Assembly (NCBI GenBank): GCA_964016885.1
Contig: OZ024744.1
Span: forward strand, 23,312,001 to 23,376,000
Source of the DNA: Eledone cirrhosa
Lineage: Eukaryota
Reading direction: 5' to 3'
DNA: 64,000 bases
The position numbers were made by a program, and so were the translations under genes. The notes under the pieces are model-generated. The model was not told the origin of the DNA, searched no databases, and was given only the letters and a program-made list of their open reading frames with translations. The first letter of the stretch is position 1, and each line of letters begins with the position of its first letter. Shown here piece after piece: positions 11,730-25,289 of this stretch.

Positions 11730-14700
11730 GTTGTTAAAACGAGTTTTATTTGAAGATTCAACTGTTGTTAAAATGAGTCAGTTCTTAAGGTTGAACTGTT
11801 GATAAAACGACTCAGTTCTTAAGATTCAACTGTTGTTAAAACGAGTTTTATCTTAAGATTCAACTGTTATTAAAACGAGTCAGTTCTTAAGATTCAACTG
11901 TTGTTAAAACGAGTTTTATCTTAAGATTCAAGTGTTGTTAAAACGAGTCAGTTCTTAAGATTCAACCGTTGTTAAAACGCGTTTTATCTTAAGATTCAGC
12001 TGTTGTTAAAACGAGTCAGTTCTTAAGATTCAACTGTTGTTAAAACGAGTTTTATCTAAAGATTCAGCCGTTGTTAAAATGAGTCAGTTCTTAAGATTCA
12101 ACTGTTGTTAAAACGAGTCAGTTCTTAAAATTCAACTGTTGTTAAAACGAGTTTTATTTGAAGATTCAACTGTTGTTAAAACGAGTCAGTTCTTAAGGTT
12201 GAACTGTTGATAAAACGAGTCAGTTCTTAAGATTCAACTGTTGTTAAAACGAGTTTTATCTTAAGATTCAGCTGTTGTTAAAATGAGTCATTTCTTAAGA
12301 TTCGGCTGTTGTTAAAACGAATCAGTTCTTAAGATTCAACTGTTGTTAAAACGAGTTTTATTTGAAGATTCAACTGTTGTTAAAACGAGTCAGTCCTTAA
12401 TGTTGAACTGTTGATAAAACGAGTCAGTTCTTACGATTCAACTGTTGTTAAAACGAGTTTTATCTTAAGATTCAGCTGTTGTTAAAACGAGTCAGTTCTT
12501 AATATTCAACTGTTGTTAAAACGAGTTTTATCTTAAGATTCAACCGTTGTTAAAACGAATCCGTTCTTAAGATTCAACTGTTGTTAAAACGAGTTTTATC
12601 TTCAGATTCAACTGTTGTTAAAACGAGTTTATCTTAAGATTCAGCTGTTGTTAAAACGAATCAGTTCTTAAGATTCAACTGCTGTTAAAACGAGTTTTAT
12701 TTGAAGATTCAACTGTTGTTAAAACGAGTCAGTTCTTAAGGTTGAACTGTTGATAAAACGAGTCAGTTCTTACGATTCAACTGTTGTTAAAACGAGTTTT
12801 ATCTTAAGATTCAGCTGTTGTTAAAACGAGTCAGTTCTTAAGATTCAACTGTTGTTAAAACGAGTTTTATCTTAAGATTCAACTGTTGTTAAAACGAATC
12901 CGTTCTTAAGATTCAACTGTCGTTAAAACGAGTTTTATTTGAAGATTCAACTGTTGTTAAAATGAGACAGTTCTTAAGGTTGAACTGTTGATAAAACGAG
13001 TCAGTTCTTAAGATTCAACTGTTGTTAAAACGAGTTTTATCTTAAGATTCAACTGTTATTAAAACGAGTCAGTTCTTAAGATTCAACTGTTGTTAAAACG
13101 AGTTTTATTTGAAGATTCAACTGTTGTTAAAACGAGTCAGTTCTTAAGATTCAACCGTTGTTAAAACGAGTTTTATCTTAAGATTCAGCTGTTGTTAAAA
13201 CGAGTCAGTTCTTAAGATTCAACTGTTGGTAAAACGAGTTTTATTTGAAGATTCAACTGTTGTTAAAACGAGTCAGTTCTTATGGTTGAACTGTTGTTAA
13301 AACGAGTCAGTTCTTAAGATTCAAATGTTGTTAAAACGAGTTTTATCTTAAGATTCAACTGTTGTTAAAACGAGTCAGTTCTTAAGATTCAACTGTTGTT
13401 AAAACGAGTTTTATTTGAAGATTCAACTGTTGTTAAAACGAGTCAGTCCTTAATGTTGAACTGTTGATAAAACGAGTCAGTTCTTACGATTCAACTGTTG
13501 TTAAAACGAGTTTTATCTTAAGATTCAGCTGTTGTTAAAACGAGTCAGTTCTTAATATTCAACTGTTGTTAAAACGAGTTTTATCTTAAGATTCAACCGT
13601 TGTTAAAACGAATCCGTTCTTAAGATTCAACTGTTGTTAAAACGAGTTTTATCTTCAGATTCAACTGTTGTTAAAACGAGTTTATCTTAAGATTCAGCTG
13701 TTGTTAAAACGAATCAGTTCTTAAGATTCAACTGTTGTTAAAACGAGTTTTATTTGAAGATTCAACTGTTGTTAAAACGAGTCAGTTCTTAAGGTTGAAC
13801 TGTTGATAAAACGAGTCAGTTCTTACGATTCAACTGTTGTTAAAACGAGTTTTATCTTAAGATTCAGCTGTTGTTAAAACGAGTCAGTTCTTAAGATTCA
13901 ACTGTTGTTAAAACGAGTTTTATCTTAAGATTCAACTGTTGTTAAAACGAATCCGTTCTTAAGATTCAACTGTCGTTAAAACGAGTTTTATTTGAAGATT
14001 CAACTGTTGTTAAAATGAGACAGTTCTTAAGGTTGAACTGTTGATAAAACGAGTCAGTTCTTAAGATTCAACTGTTGTTAAAACGAGTTTTATCTTAAGA
14101 TTCAACTGTTATTAAAACGAGTCAGTTCTTAAGATTCAACTGTTGTTAAAACGAGTTTTATTTGAAGATTCAACTGTTGTTAAAACGAGTCAGTTCTTAA
14201 GATTCAACCGTTGTTAAAACGAGTTTTATCTTAAGATTCAGCTGTTGTTAAAACGAGTCAGTTCTTAAGATTCAACTGTTGGTAAAACGAGTTTTATTTG
14301 AAGATTCAACTGTTGTTAAAACGAGTCAGTTCTTATGGTTGAACTGTTGTTAAAACGAGTCAGTTCTTAAGATTCAAATGTTGTTAAAACGAGTTTTATC
14401 TTAAGATTCAACTGTTGTTAAAACGAGTCAGTTCTTAAGATTCAACTGTTGTTAAAACGAGTTTTATTTGAAGATTCAACTGTTGTTAAAACGAGTCAGT
14501 TCTTAAGGTTGAACTGTTGATAAAACGAGTCAGTTCTTAAGATTCAACTGTTGTTAAAACGAGTTTAATCTTAAGATTCAGCTGTTGTTAAACGAGTCAG
14601 TTCTTAAGATTCAGCTGTCGTTAAAACGAATCAGTTCTTAAGATTCAACTGTTGTTAAAACGAGTTTTATTTGAAGATTCAACTGTTGTTAAAATGAGTC

Positions 14701-16590
14701 AGTTCTTAAGGTTGAACTGTTGATAAAACGACTCAGTTCTTAAGATTCAACTGTTGTTAAAACGAGTTTTATCTTAAGATTCAACTGTTATTAAAACGAG
14801 TCAGTTCTTAAGATTCAACTGTTGTTAAAACGAGTTTTATCTTAAGATTCAAGTGTTGTTAAAACGAGTCAGTTCTTAAGATTCAACCGTTGTTAAAACG
14901 CGTTTTATCTTAAGATTCAGCTGTTGTTAAAACGAGTCAGTTCTTAAGATTCAACTGTTGTTAAAACGAGTTTTATCTAAAGATTCAGCCGTTGTTAAAA
15001 TGAGTCAGTTCTTAAGATTCAACTGTTGTTAAAACGAGTCAGTTCTTAAAATTCAACTGTTGTTAAAACGAGTTTTATTTGAAGATTCAACTGTTGTTAA
15101 AACGAGTCAGTTCTTAAGGTTGAACTGTTGATAAAACGAGTCAGTTCTTAAGATTCAACTGTTGTTAAAACGAGTTTTATCTTAAGATTCAGCTGTTGTT
15201 AAAATGAGTCATTTCTTAAGATTCGGCTGTTGTTAAAACGAATCAGTTCTTAAGATTCAACTGTTGTTAAAACGAGTTTTATTTGAAGATTCAACTGTTG
15301 TTAAAACGAGTCAGTCCTTAATGTTGAACTGTTGATAAAACGAGTCAGTTCTTACGATTCAACTGTTGTTAAAACGAGTTTTATCTTAAGATTCAGCTGT
15401 TGTTAAAACGAGTCAGTTCTTAATATTCAACTGTTGTTAAAACGAGTTTTATCTTAAGATTCAACCGTTGTTAAAACGAATCCGTTCTTAAGATTCAACT
15501 GTTGTTAAAACGAGTTTTATCTTCAGATTCAACTGTTGTTAAAACGAGTTTATCTTAAGATTCAGCTGTTGTTAAAACGAATCAGTTCTTAAGATTCAAC
15601 TGTTGTTAAAACGAGTTTTATTTGAAGATTCAACTGTTGTTAAAACGAGTCAGTTCTTAAGGTTGAACTGTTGATAAAACGAGTCAGTTCTTACGATTCA
15701 ACTGTTGTTAAAACGAGTTTTATCTTAAGATTCAGCTGTTGTTAAAACGAGTCAGTTCTTAAGATTCAACTGTTGTTAAAACGAGTTTTATCTTAAGATT
15801 CAACTGTTGTTAAAACGAATCCGTTCTTAAGATTCAACTGTCGTTAAAACGAGTTTTATTTGAAGATTCAACTGTTGTTAAAATGAGACAGTTCTTAAGG
15901 TTGAACTGTTGATAAAACGAGTCAGTTCTTAAGATTCAACTGTTGTTAAAACGAGTTTTATCTTAAGATTCAACTGTTATTAAAACGAGTCAGTTCTTAA
16001 GATTCAACTGTTGTTAAAACGAGTTTTATTTGAAGATTCAACTGTTGTTAAAACGAGTCAGTTCTTAAGATTCAACCGTTGTTAAAACGAGTTTTATCTT
16101 AAGATTCAGCTGTTGTTAAAACGAGTCAGTTCTTAAGATTCAACTGTTGGTAAAACGAGTTTTATTTGAAGATTCAACTGTTGTTAAAACGAGTCAGTTC
16201 TTATGGTTGAACTGTTGTTAAAACGAGTCAGTTCTTAAGATTCAAATGTTGTTAAAACGAGTTTTATCTTAAGATTCAACTGTTGTTAAAACGAGTCAGT
16301 TCTTAAGATTCAACTGTTGTTAAAACGAGTTTTATTTGAAGATTCAACTGTTGTTAAAACGAGTCAGTTCTTAAGGTTGAACTGTTGATAAAACGAGTCA
16401 GTTCTTAAGATTCAACTGTTGTTAAAACGAGTTTAATCTTAAGATTCAGCTGTTGTTAAACGAGTCAGTTCTTAAGATTCAGCTGTCGTTAAAACGAATC
16501 AGTTCTTAAGATTCAACTGTTGTTAAAACGAGTTTTATTTGAAGATTCAACTGTTGTTAAAATGAGTCAGTTCTTAAGGTTGAACTGTTG
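11730..16590 (+). repeat. Nested higher-order duplications: 1868-bp unit (55 monomers) with an internal 1053-bp (31 monomers) tandem duplication
   Basis: CAGTCCTTAATG occurs at 12391, 13444 and 15312 (offsets 1053, 1868). TCAAATG occurs at 13321, 14374 and 16242 (1053, 1868). TTCGGCT at 12301/15222 and GATTCAGCC at 12061/14982 are offset by 2921 = 1053+1868. Boundaries are approximate. Confidence 0.85.
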
Positions 16591-17754
16591 ATAAAGCGAG
16601 TCAGTGGTTAAGATTCTACTGTTGTTAAAACGAGTTTTATCTTAAGATTCAGCTGTTGTTAAAACGAGTCAGTTCTTAAGATTCAACTGTTGTTAAAACG
16701 AGTTTTATCTTAAGATTCAACTGTTATTAAAACGAGTCAGTTCTTAAGATTCAACTGTTGTTAAAACGAGTTTATCTTAAGATTCAACTGTTGTTAAAAC
16801 GAGTTTTATCTTAAGATTCAACTGTTGTTAAAACGAGTCAGTTCTTAATATTCAACTGTTGTTAAAACGAGTCAGTTCTTAAGGTTGAACTGTTGATAAA
16901 ACGAGTCAGTTCTTACGATTCAACTGTTGTTAAAACGAGTTTTATCTTAAGATTCAGCTGTTGTTAAAACGAGTCAGTTCTTAAGATTCAACTGTTGTTA
17001 AAACGAGTTTTATCTTAAGATTCAACTGTTGTTAAAACGAATCCGTTCTTAAGATTCAACTGTCGTTAAAACGAGTTTTATTTTAAGATTCAACTGTTGT
17101 TAAAATGAGACAGTTCTTAAGGTTGAACTGTTGATAAAACGAGTCAGTTCTTAAGATTCAACTGTTGTTAAAACGAGTTTTATCTTAAGATTCAACTGTT
17201 ATTAAAACGAGTCAGTTCTTAAGATTCAACTGTTATTAAAACGAGTTTTATCTTAAGATTCAACTGTTGTTAAAACGAGTTTTATCTTAAGATTCAACTG
17301 TTGTTAAAACGAGTTTTATTTGAAGATTCAACTGTTGTTAAAATGAGACAGTTCTTAAGGTTGAACTGTTGATAAAACGAGTCAGTTCTTAAGATTCAAC
17401 TGTTGTTAAAACGAGTTTTGTCTTAAGATTCAATTGTTGTTAAAACGAGTCAGTTCTTAAGATTCAACTGTTGTTAAAACGAGTTTTATTTGAAGATTCA
17501 ACTGTTGTTAAAACGAGTCAGTTCTTAAGATTCAACTGTTGTTAAAACGAGTTTTATCTTAAGATTCAACTGTTGTTAAAACGAGTCAGTTCTTAAGATT
17601 CAACTGTTGTTAAAACGAGTCAGTTCTTAAGGTTGAACTGTTGATAAAACGAGTCAGTTCTTAAGATTCAAATGATGTTAAAACGAGTTTAATCTTAAGA
17701 TTCAGCTGTTGTTAAACGAGTCAGTTCTTAAGATTCAGCTGTCGTTAAAACGAA

Positions 17755-20700
17755 TCAGTTCTTAAGATTCAACTGTTGTTAAAACGAGTTTTATTTGAAG
17801 ATTCAACTGTTGTTAAAATGAGTCAGTTCTTAAGGTTGAACTGTTGATAAAGCGAGTCAGTGGTTAAGATTCAACTGTTGTTAAAACGAGTTTTATCTTA
17901 AGATTCAGCTGTTGTTAAAACGAGTCAGTTCTTAAGATTCAACTGTTGTTAAAACGAGTTTTATCTTAAGATTCAACTGTTATTAAAACGAGTCAGTTCT
18001 TAAGATTCAACTGTTGTTAAAACGAGTTTATCTTAAGATTCAACTGTTGTTAAAACGAGTTTATCTTAAGATACAGTTGTTGTTAAAACGAATCAGTTCT
18101 TAAGATTCAACTGTTGTTAAAACGAGTTTTATTTGAAGATTCAACTGTTGTTAAAATGAGTCAGTTCTTAAGGTTGAACTGTTGATAAAACGACTCAGTT
18201 CTTAAGATTCAACTGTTGTTAAAACGAGTTTTATCTTAAGATTCAACTGTTATTAAAACGAGTCAGTTCTTAAGATTCAACTGTTGTTAAAACGAGTTTT
18301 ATCTTAAGATTCAAGTGTTGTTAAAACGAGTGTTATCTTAAGATTTAACTGTTGTTAAATGAATCAGTTCTTATGATTCAACTGTTGTTAAAAGGAGTTT
18401 TATTTGAAGATTCAACTGTTGTTAAAACGAGTCAGTTCTTAAGATTCAACCGTTGTTAAAACGCGTTTTATCTTAAGATTCAGCTGTTGTTAAAACGAGT
18501 CAGTTCTTAAGATTCAACTGTTGTTAAAACGAGTTTTATCTAAAGATTCAGCTGTTGTTAAAATGAGTCAGTTCTTAAGATTCAACTGTTGTTAAAACGA
18601 GTCAGTTCTTAAAATTCAACTGTTGTTAAAACGAGTTTTATTTGAAGATTCAACTGTTGTTAAAACGAGTCAGTTCTTAAGATTCAACTGTTGTTAAAAC
18701 GAGTTTTATCTTAAGATTCAGCTGTTGTTAAAACGAGTCATTTCTTAAGATTCGGCTGTTGTTAAAACGAATCAGTTCTTAAGATTCAACTGTTGTTAAA
18801 ACGAGTTTTATTTGAAGATTCAACTGTTGTTAAAACGAGTCAGTCCTTAATGTTGAACTGTTGATAAAACGAGTCAGTTCTTACGATTCAACTGTTGTTA
18901 AAACGAGTTTTATCTTAAGATTCAGCTGTTGTTAAAACGAGTCAGTTCTTAATATTCAACTGTTGTTAAAACGAGTTTTATCTTAAGATTCAACCGTTGT
19001 TAAAACGAATCCGTTCTTAAGATTCAACTGTTGTTAAAACGAGTTTTATCTTCAGAATCAACTGTTGTTAAAACGAGTTTATCTTAAGATTCAGCTGTTG
19101 TTAAAACGAATCAGTTCTTAAGATTCAACTGTTGTTAAAACGAGTTTTATTTGAAGATTCAACTGTTGTTAAAACGAGTCAGTTCTTAAGGTTGAACTGT
19201 TGATAAAACGAGTCAGTTCTTACGATTCAACTGTTGTTAAAACGAGTTTTATCTTAAGATTCAGCTGTTGTTAAAACGAGTCAGTTCTTAAGATTCAACT
19301 GTTGTTAAAACGAGTTTTATCTTAAGATTCAACTGTTGTTAAAACGAATCCGTTCTTAAGATTCAACTGTCGTTAAAACGAGTTTTATTTGAAGATTCAA
19401 CTGTTGTTAAAATGAGACAGTTCTTAAGGTTGAACTGTTGATAAAACGAGTCAGTTCTTAAGATTCAACAGTTGTGAAAACGAGTTTTATCTTAAGATTC
19501 AACTGTTATTAAAACGAGTCAGTTCTTAAGATTCAACTGTTGTTAAAACGAGTTTTATCTTAAGATTCAACTGTTGTTAAAACGAGTTTTATCTTAAGAT
19601 TCAACTGTTGTTAAAACGAGTTTTACTTGAAGATTCAACTGTTGTTAAAATGAGACAGTTCTTAAGGTTGAACTGTTGATAAAACGAGTCAGTTCTTAAG
19701 ATTCAACTGTTGTTAAAACGAGTTTTGTCTTAAGATTCAATTTTTGTTAAAACGAGTCAGTTCTTAAGATTCAACTGTTGTTAAAACGAGTTTTGTCTTA
19801 AGATTCAATTGTTGTTAACACGAGTCAGTTCTTAAGATTCAACTGTTGTTAATACGAGTTTTATCTTAAGATTCAATTGTTGTTAAAACGAGTCAGTTCA
19901 TAAGATTCAACTGTTGTTAAAACGAGTTATATCTTAAGATTCAGCTGTTGTTAAAACGAGTCAGTTCTTAAGATTCAAATGTTGTTAACACGAGTTTTAT
20001 CTTAAGATTCATCTGTTGTTAAAACGAGTTTATCTTAAGATTCAGCTGTTGTTAAAACGAATCAGTTCTTAAGATTCAACTGTTGTTAAAACGAGTTTTA
20101 TTTGAAGATTCAACTGTTGTTAAAATGAGTCAGTTCTTAAGGTTGAACTGTTGATAAAGCGAGTCAGTGGTTAAGATTCAACTGTTGTTAAAACGAGTTT
20201 TATCTTAAGATTCAGCTGTTGTTAAAACGAGTCAGTTCTTAAGATTCAACTGTTGTTAAAACGAGTTTTATCTTAAGATTCAACTGTTATTAAAACGAGT
20301 CAGTTCTTAAGATTCAACTGTTGTTAAAACGAGTTTATCTTAAGATTCAACTGTTGTTAAAACGAGTTTATCTTAAGATACAGTTGTTGTTAAAACGAAT
20401 CAGTTCTTAAGATTCAACTGTTGTTAAAACGAGTTTTATTTGAAGATTCAACTGTTGTTAAAATGAGTCAGTTCTTAAGGTTGAACTGTTGATAAAACGA
20501 CTCAGTTCTTAAGATTCAACTGTTGTTAAAACGAGTTTTATCTTAAGATTCAAGTGTTGTTAAAACGAGTGTTATCTTAAGATTTAACTGTTGTTAAATG
20601 AATCAGTTCTTATGATTCAACTGTTGTTAAAAGGAGTTTTATTTGAAGATTCAACTGTTGTTAAAACGAGTCAGTTCTTAAGATTCAACCGTTGTTAAAA

Positions 20701-23700
20701 CGCGTTTTATCTTAAGATTCAGCTGTTGTTAAAACGAGTCAGTTCTTAAGATTCAACTGTTGTTAAAACGAGTTTTATTTGAAGATTCAACTGTTGTTAA
20801 AATGAGTCAGTTCTTAAGGTTGAACTGTTGATAAAGCGAGTCAGTGGTTAAGATTCAACTGTTGTTAAAACGAGTTTTATCTTAAGATTCAGCTGTTGTT
20901 AAAACGAGTCAGTTCTTAAGATTCAACTGTTGTTAAAACGAGTTTTATCTTAAGATTCAACTGTTATTAAAACGAGTCAGTTCTTAAGATTCAACTGTTG
21001 TTAAAACGAGTTTATCTTAAGATTCAACTGTTGTTAAAACGAGTTTATCTTAAGATACAGTTGTTGTTAAAACGAATCAGTTCTTAAGATTCAACTGTTA
21101 TTAAAACGAGTTTTATTTGAAGATTCAACTGTTGTTAAAATGAGTCAGTTCTTAAGGTTGAACTGTTGATAAAACGACTCAGTTCTTAAGATTCAACTGT
21201 TGTTAAAACGAGTTTTATCTTAAGATTCAACTGTTATTAAAACGAGTCAGTTCTTAAGATTCAACTGTTGTTAAAACGAGTTTTATCTTAAGATTCAAGT
21301 GTTGTTAAAACGAGTGTTATCTTAAGATTTAACTGTTGTTAAATGAATCAGTTCTTATGATTCAACTGTTGTTAAAAGGAGTTTTATTTGAAGATTCAAC
21401 TGTTGTTAAAACGAGTCAGTTCTTAAGATTCAACCGTTGTTAAAACGCGTTTTATCTTAAGATTCAGCTGTTGTTAAAACGAGTCAGTTCTTAAGATTCA
21501 ACTGTTGTTAAAACGAGTTTTATCTAAAGATTCAGCTGTTGTTAAAATGAGTCAGTTCTTAAGATTCAACTGTTGTTAAAACGAGTCAGTTCTTAAAATT
21601 CAACTGTTGTTAAAACGAGTTTTATTTGAAGATTCAACTGTTGTTAAAACGAGTCAGTTCTTAAGATTCAACTGTTGTTAAAACGAGTTTTATCTTAAGA
21701 TTCAGCTGTTGTTAAAACGAGTCATTTCTTAAGATTCGGCTGTTGTTAAAACGAATCAGTTCTTAAGATTCAACTGTTGTTAAAACGAGTTTTATTTGAA
21801 GATTCAACTGTTGTTAAAACGAGTCAGTCCTTAATGTTGAACTGTTGATAAAACGAGTCAGTTCTTACGATTCAACTGTTGTTAAAACGAGTTTTATCTT
21901 AAGATTCAGCTGTTGTTAAAACGAGTCAGTTCTTAATATTCAACTGTTGTTAAAACGAGTTTTATCTTAAGATTCAACCGTTGTTAAAACGAATCCGTTC
22001 TTAAGATTCAACTGTTGTTAAAACGAGTTTTATCTTCAGAATCAACTGTTGTTAAAACGAGTTTATCTTAAGATTCAGCTGTTGTTAAAACGAATCAGTT
22101 CTTAAGATTCAACTGTTGTTAAAACGAGTTTTATTTGAAGATTCAACTGTTGTTAAAACGAGTCAGTTCTTAAGGTTGAACTGTTGATAAAACGAGTCAG
22201 TTCTTACGATTCAACTGTTGTTAAAACGAGTTTTATCTTAAGATTCAGCTATTGTTAAAACGAGTCAGTTCTTAAGATTCAACTGTTGTTAAAACGAGTT
22301 TTATCTTAAGATTCAACTGTTGTTAAAACGAATCCGTTCTTAAGATTCAACTGTCGTTAAAACGAGTTTTATTTGAAGATTCAACTGTTGTTAAAATGAG
22401 ACAGTTCTTAAGGTTGAACTGTTGATAAAACGAGTCAGTTCTTAAGATTCAACTGTTGTGAAAACGAGTTTTATCTTAAGATTCAACTGTTATTAAAACG
22501 AGTCAGTTCTTAAGATTCAACTGTTGTTAAAACGAGTTTTATCTTAAGATTCAACTGTTGTTAAAACGAGTTTTATCTTAAGATTCAACTGTTGTTAAAA
22601 CGAGTTTTATTTGAAGATTCAACTGTTGTTAAAATGAGACAGTTCTTAAGGTTGAACTGTTGATAAAACGAGTCAGTTCTTAAGATTCAACTGTTGTTAA
22701 AACGAGTTTTGTCTTAAGATTCAATTTTTGTTAAAACGAGTCAGTTCTTAAGATTCAACTGTTGTTAAAACGAGTTTTGTCTTAAGATTCAATTGTTGTT
22801 AACACGAGTCAGTTCTTAAGATTCAACTGTTGTTAATACGAGTTTTATCTTAAGATTCAATTGTTGTTAAAACGAGTCAGTTCATAAGATTCAACTGTTG
22901 TTAAAACGAGTTATATCTAAAGATTCAGCTGTTGTTAAAACGAGTCAGTTCTTAAGATTCAAATGTTGTTAACACGAGTTTTATCTTAAGATTCAACTGT
23001 TGTTAAAACGAGTTTATCTTAAGATTCAGCTGTTGTTAAAACGAATCAGTTCTTAAGATTCAACTGTTGTTAAAACGAGTTTTATTTGAAGATTCAACTG
23101 TTGTTAAAATGAGTCAGTTCTTAAGGTTGAACTGTTGATAAAGCGAGTCAGTGGTTAAGATTCAACTGTTGTTAAAACGAGTTTTATCTTAAGATTCAGC
23201 TGTTGTTAAAACGAGTCAGTTCTTAAGATTCAACTGTTGTTAAAACGAGTTTTATCTTAAGATTCAACTGTTATTAAAACGAGTCAGTTCTTAAGATTCA
23301 ACTGTTGTTAAAACGAGTTTATCTTAAGATTCAACTGTTGTTAAAACGAGTTTATCTTAAGATACAGTTGTTGTTAAAACGAATCAGTTCTTAAGATTCA
23401 ACTGTTGTTAAAACGAGTTTTATTTGAAGATTCAACTGTTGTTAAAATGAGTCAGTTCTTAAGGTTGAACTGTTGATAAAACGACTCAGTTCTTAAGATT
23501 CAACTGTTGTTAAAACGAGTTTTATCTTAAGATTCAAGTGTTGTTAAAACGAGTGTTATCTTAAGATTTAACTGTTGTTAAATGAATCAGTTCTTATGAT
23601 TCAACTGTTGTTAAAAGGAGTTTTATTTGAAGATTCAACTGTTGTTAAAACGAGTCAGTTCTTAAGATTCAACCGTTGTTAAAACGCGTTTTATCTTAAG

Positions 23701-23762
23701 ATTCAGCTGTTGTTAAAACGAGTCAGTTCTTAAGATTCAACTGTTGTTAAAACGAGTTTTAT
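17755..23762 (+). repeat. Tandem duplication of a 2984-bp unit (88 monomers), two copies
   Basis: TTCGGCT at 18751/21735, TTCAGAATCA at 19051/22035 and GTTGTGAAAA at 19471/22455 are all offset by 2984. A few substitutions separate the copies. Confidence 0.9.
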
Positions 23763-25289
23763 CTAAAGATTCAGCTGTTGTTAAAATGAGTCAGTTCTTA
23801 AGATTCAACTGTTGTTAAAACGAGTTTTATCTTAAGATTCAAGTGTTGTTAAAACGAGTGTTATCTTAAGATTTAACTGTTGTTAAATGAATCAGTTCTT
23901 ATGATCCAACTGTTGTTAAAAGGAGTTTTATTTGAAGATTCAACTGTTGTTAAAACGAGTCAGTTCTTAAGATTCAACCGTTGTTAAAACGCGTTTTATC
24001 TTAAGATTCAGCTGTTGTTAAAACGAGTCAGTTCTTAAGATTCAACTGTTGTTAAAACGAGTTTTATCTAAAGATTCAGCTGTTGTTAAAATGAGTCAGT
24101 TCTTAAGATTCAACTGTTGTTAAAACGAGGCAGTTCTTAAAATTCAACTGTTGTTAAAACGAGTTTTATTTGAAGATTCAAATGTTGTTAAAACGAGTCA
24201 GTTCTTAAGGTTGAACTGTTGATAAAACGAGTCAGTTCTTAAGATTCAACTGTTGTTAAAACGAGTTTTATCTTAAGATTCAGCTGTTGTTAAAACGAGT
24301 CATTTCTTCAGATTCAGCTGTTGTTAAAACGAATCAGTTCTTAAGATTCAACTGTTGTTAAAACGAGTTTTATTTGAAGATTCAACTGTTGTTAAAACGA
24401 GTCAGTCCTTAATGTTGAACTGTTGATAAAACGAGTCAGTTCTTACGATTCAACTGTTGTTAAAACGAGTTTTATCTTAAGATTCAGCTGTTGTTAAAAC
24501 GAGTCAGTTCTTAAGATTCAACTGTTGTTAAAACGAGTTTTATCTTAAGATTCAACCGTTGTTAAAACGAATCCGTTCTTAAGATTCAACTGTTGTTAAA
24601 ACGAGTTTTATCTTCAGATTCAACTGTTGTTAAAACGAGTTTATCTTAAGATTCAGCTGTTGTTAAAACGAATCAGTTCTTAAGATTCAACTGTTGTTAA
24701 AACGAGTTTTATTTGAAGATTCAACTGTTGTTAAAACGAGTCAGTTCTTAAGGTTGAACTGTTGATAAAACGAGTCAGTTCTTACGATTCAACTGTTGTT
24801 AAAACGAGTTTTATCTTAAGATTCAGCTGTTGTTAAAACGAGTCAGTTCTTAAGATTCAACTGTTGTTAAAACGAGTTTTATCTTAAGATTCAACTGTTG
24901 TTAAAACGAATCCGTTCTTAAGATTCAACTGTCGTTAAAACGAGTTTTATTTGAAGATTCAACTGTTGTTAAAATGAGACAGTTCTTAAGGTTGAACTGT
25001 TGATAAAACGAGTCAGTTCTTAAGATTCAACTGTTGTTAAAACGAGTTTTATCTTAAGATTCAACTGTTATTAAAACCAGTCAGTTCTTAAGATTCAACT
25101 GTTGTTAAAACGAGTTTTATCTTAAGATTCAACTGTTGTTAAAACGAGTTTTATCTTAAGATTCAACTGTTGTTAAAACGAGTTTTATTTGAAGATTCAA
25201 CTGTTGTTAAAATGAGACAGTTCTTAAGGTTGAACTGTTGATAAAACGAGTCAGTTCTTAAGATTCAACTGTTGTTAAAACGAGTTTTG

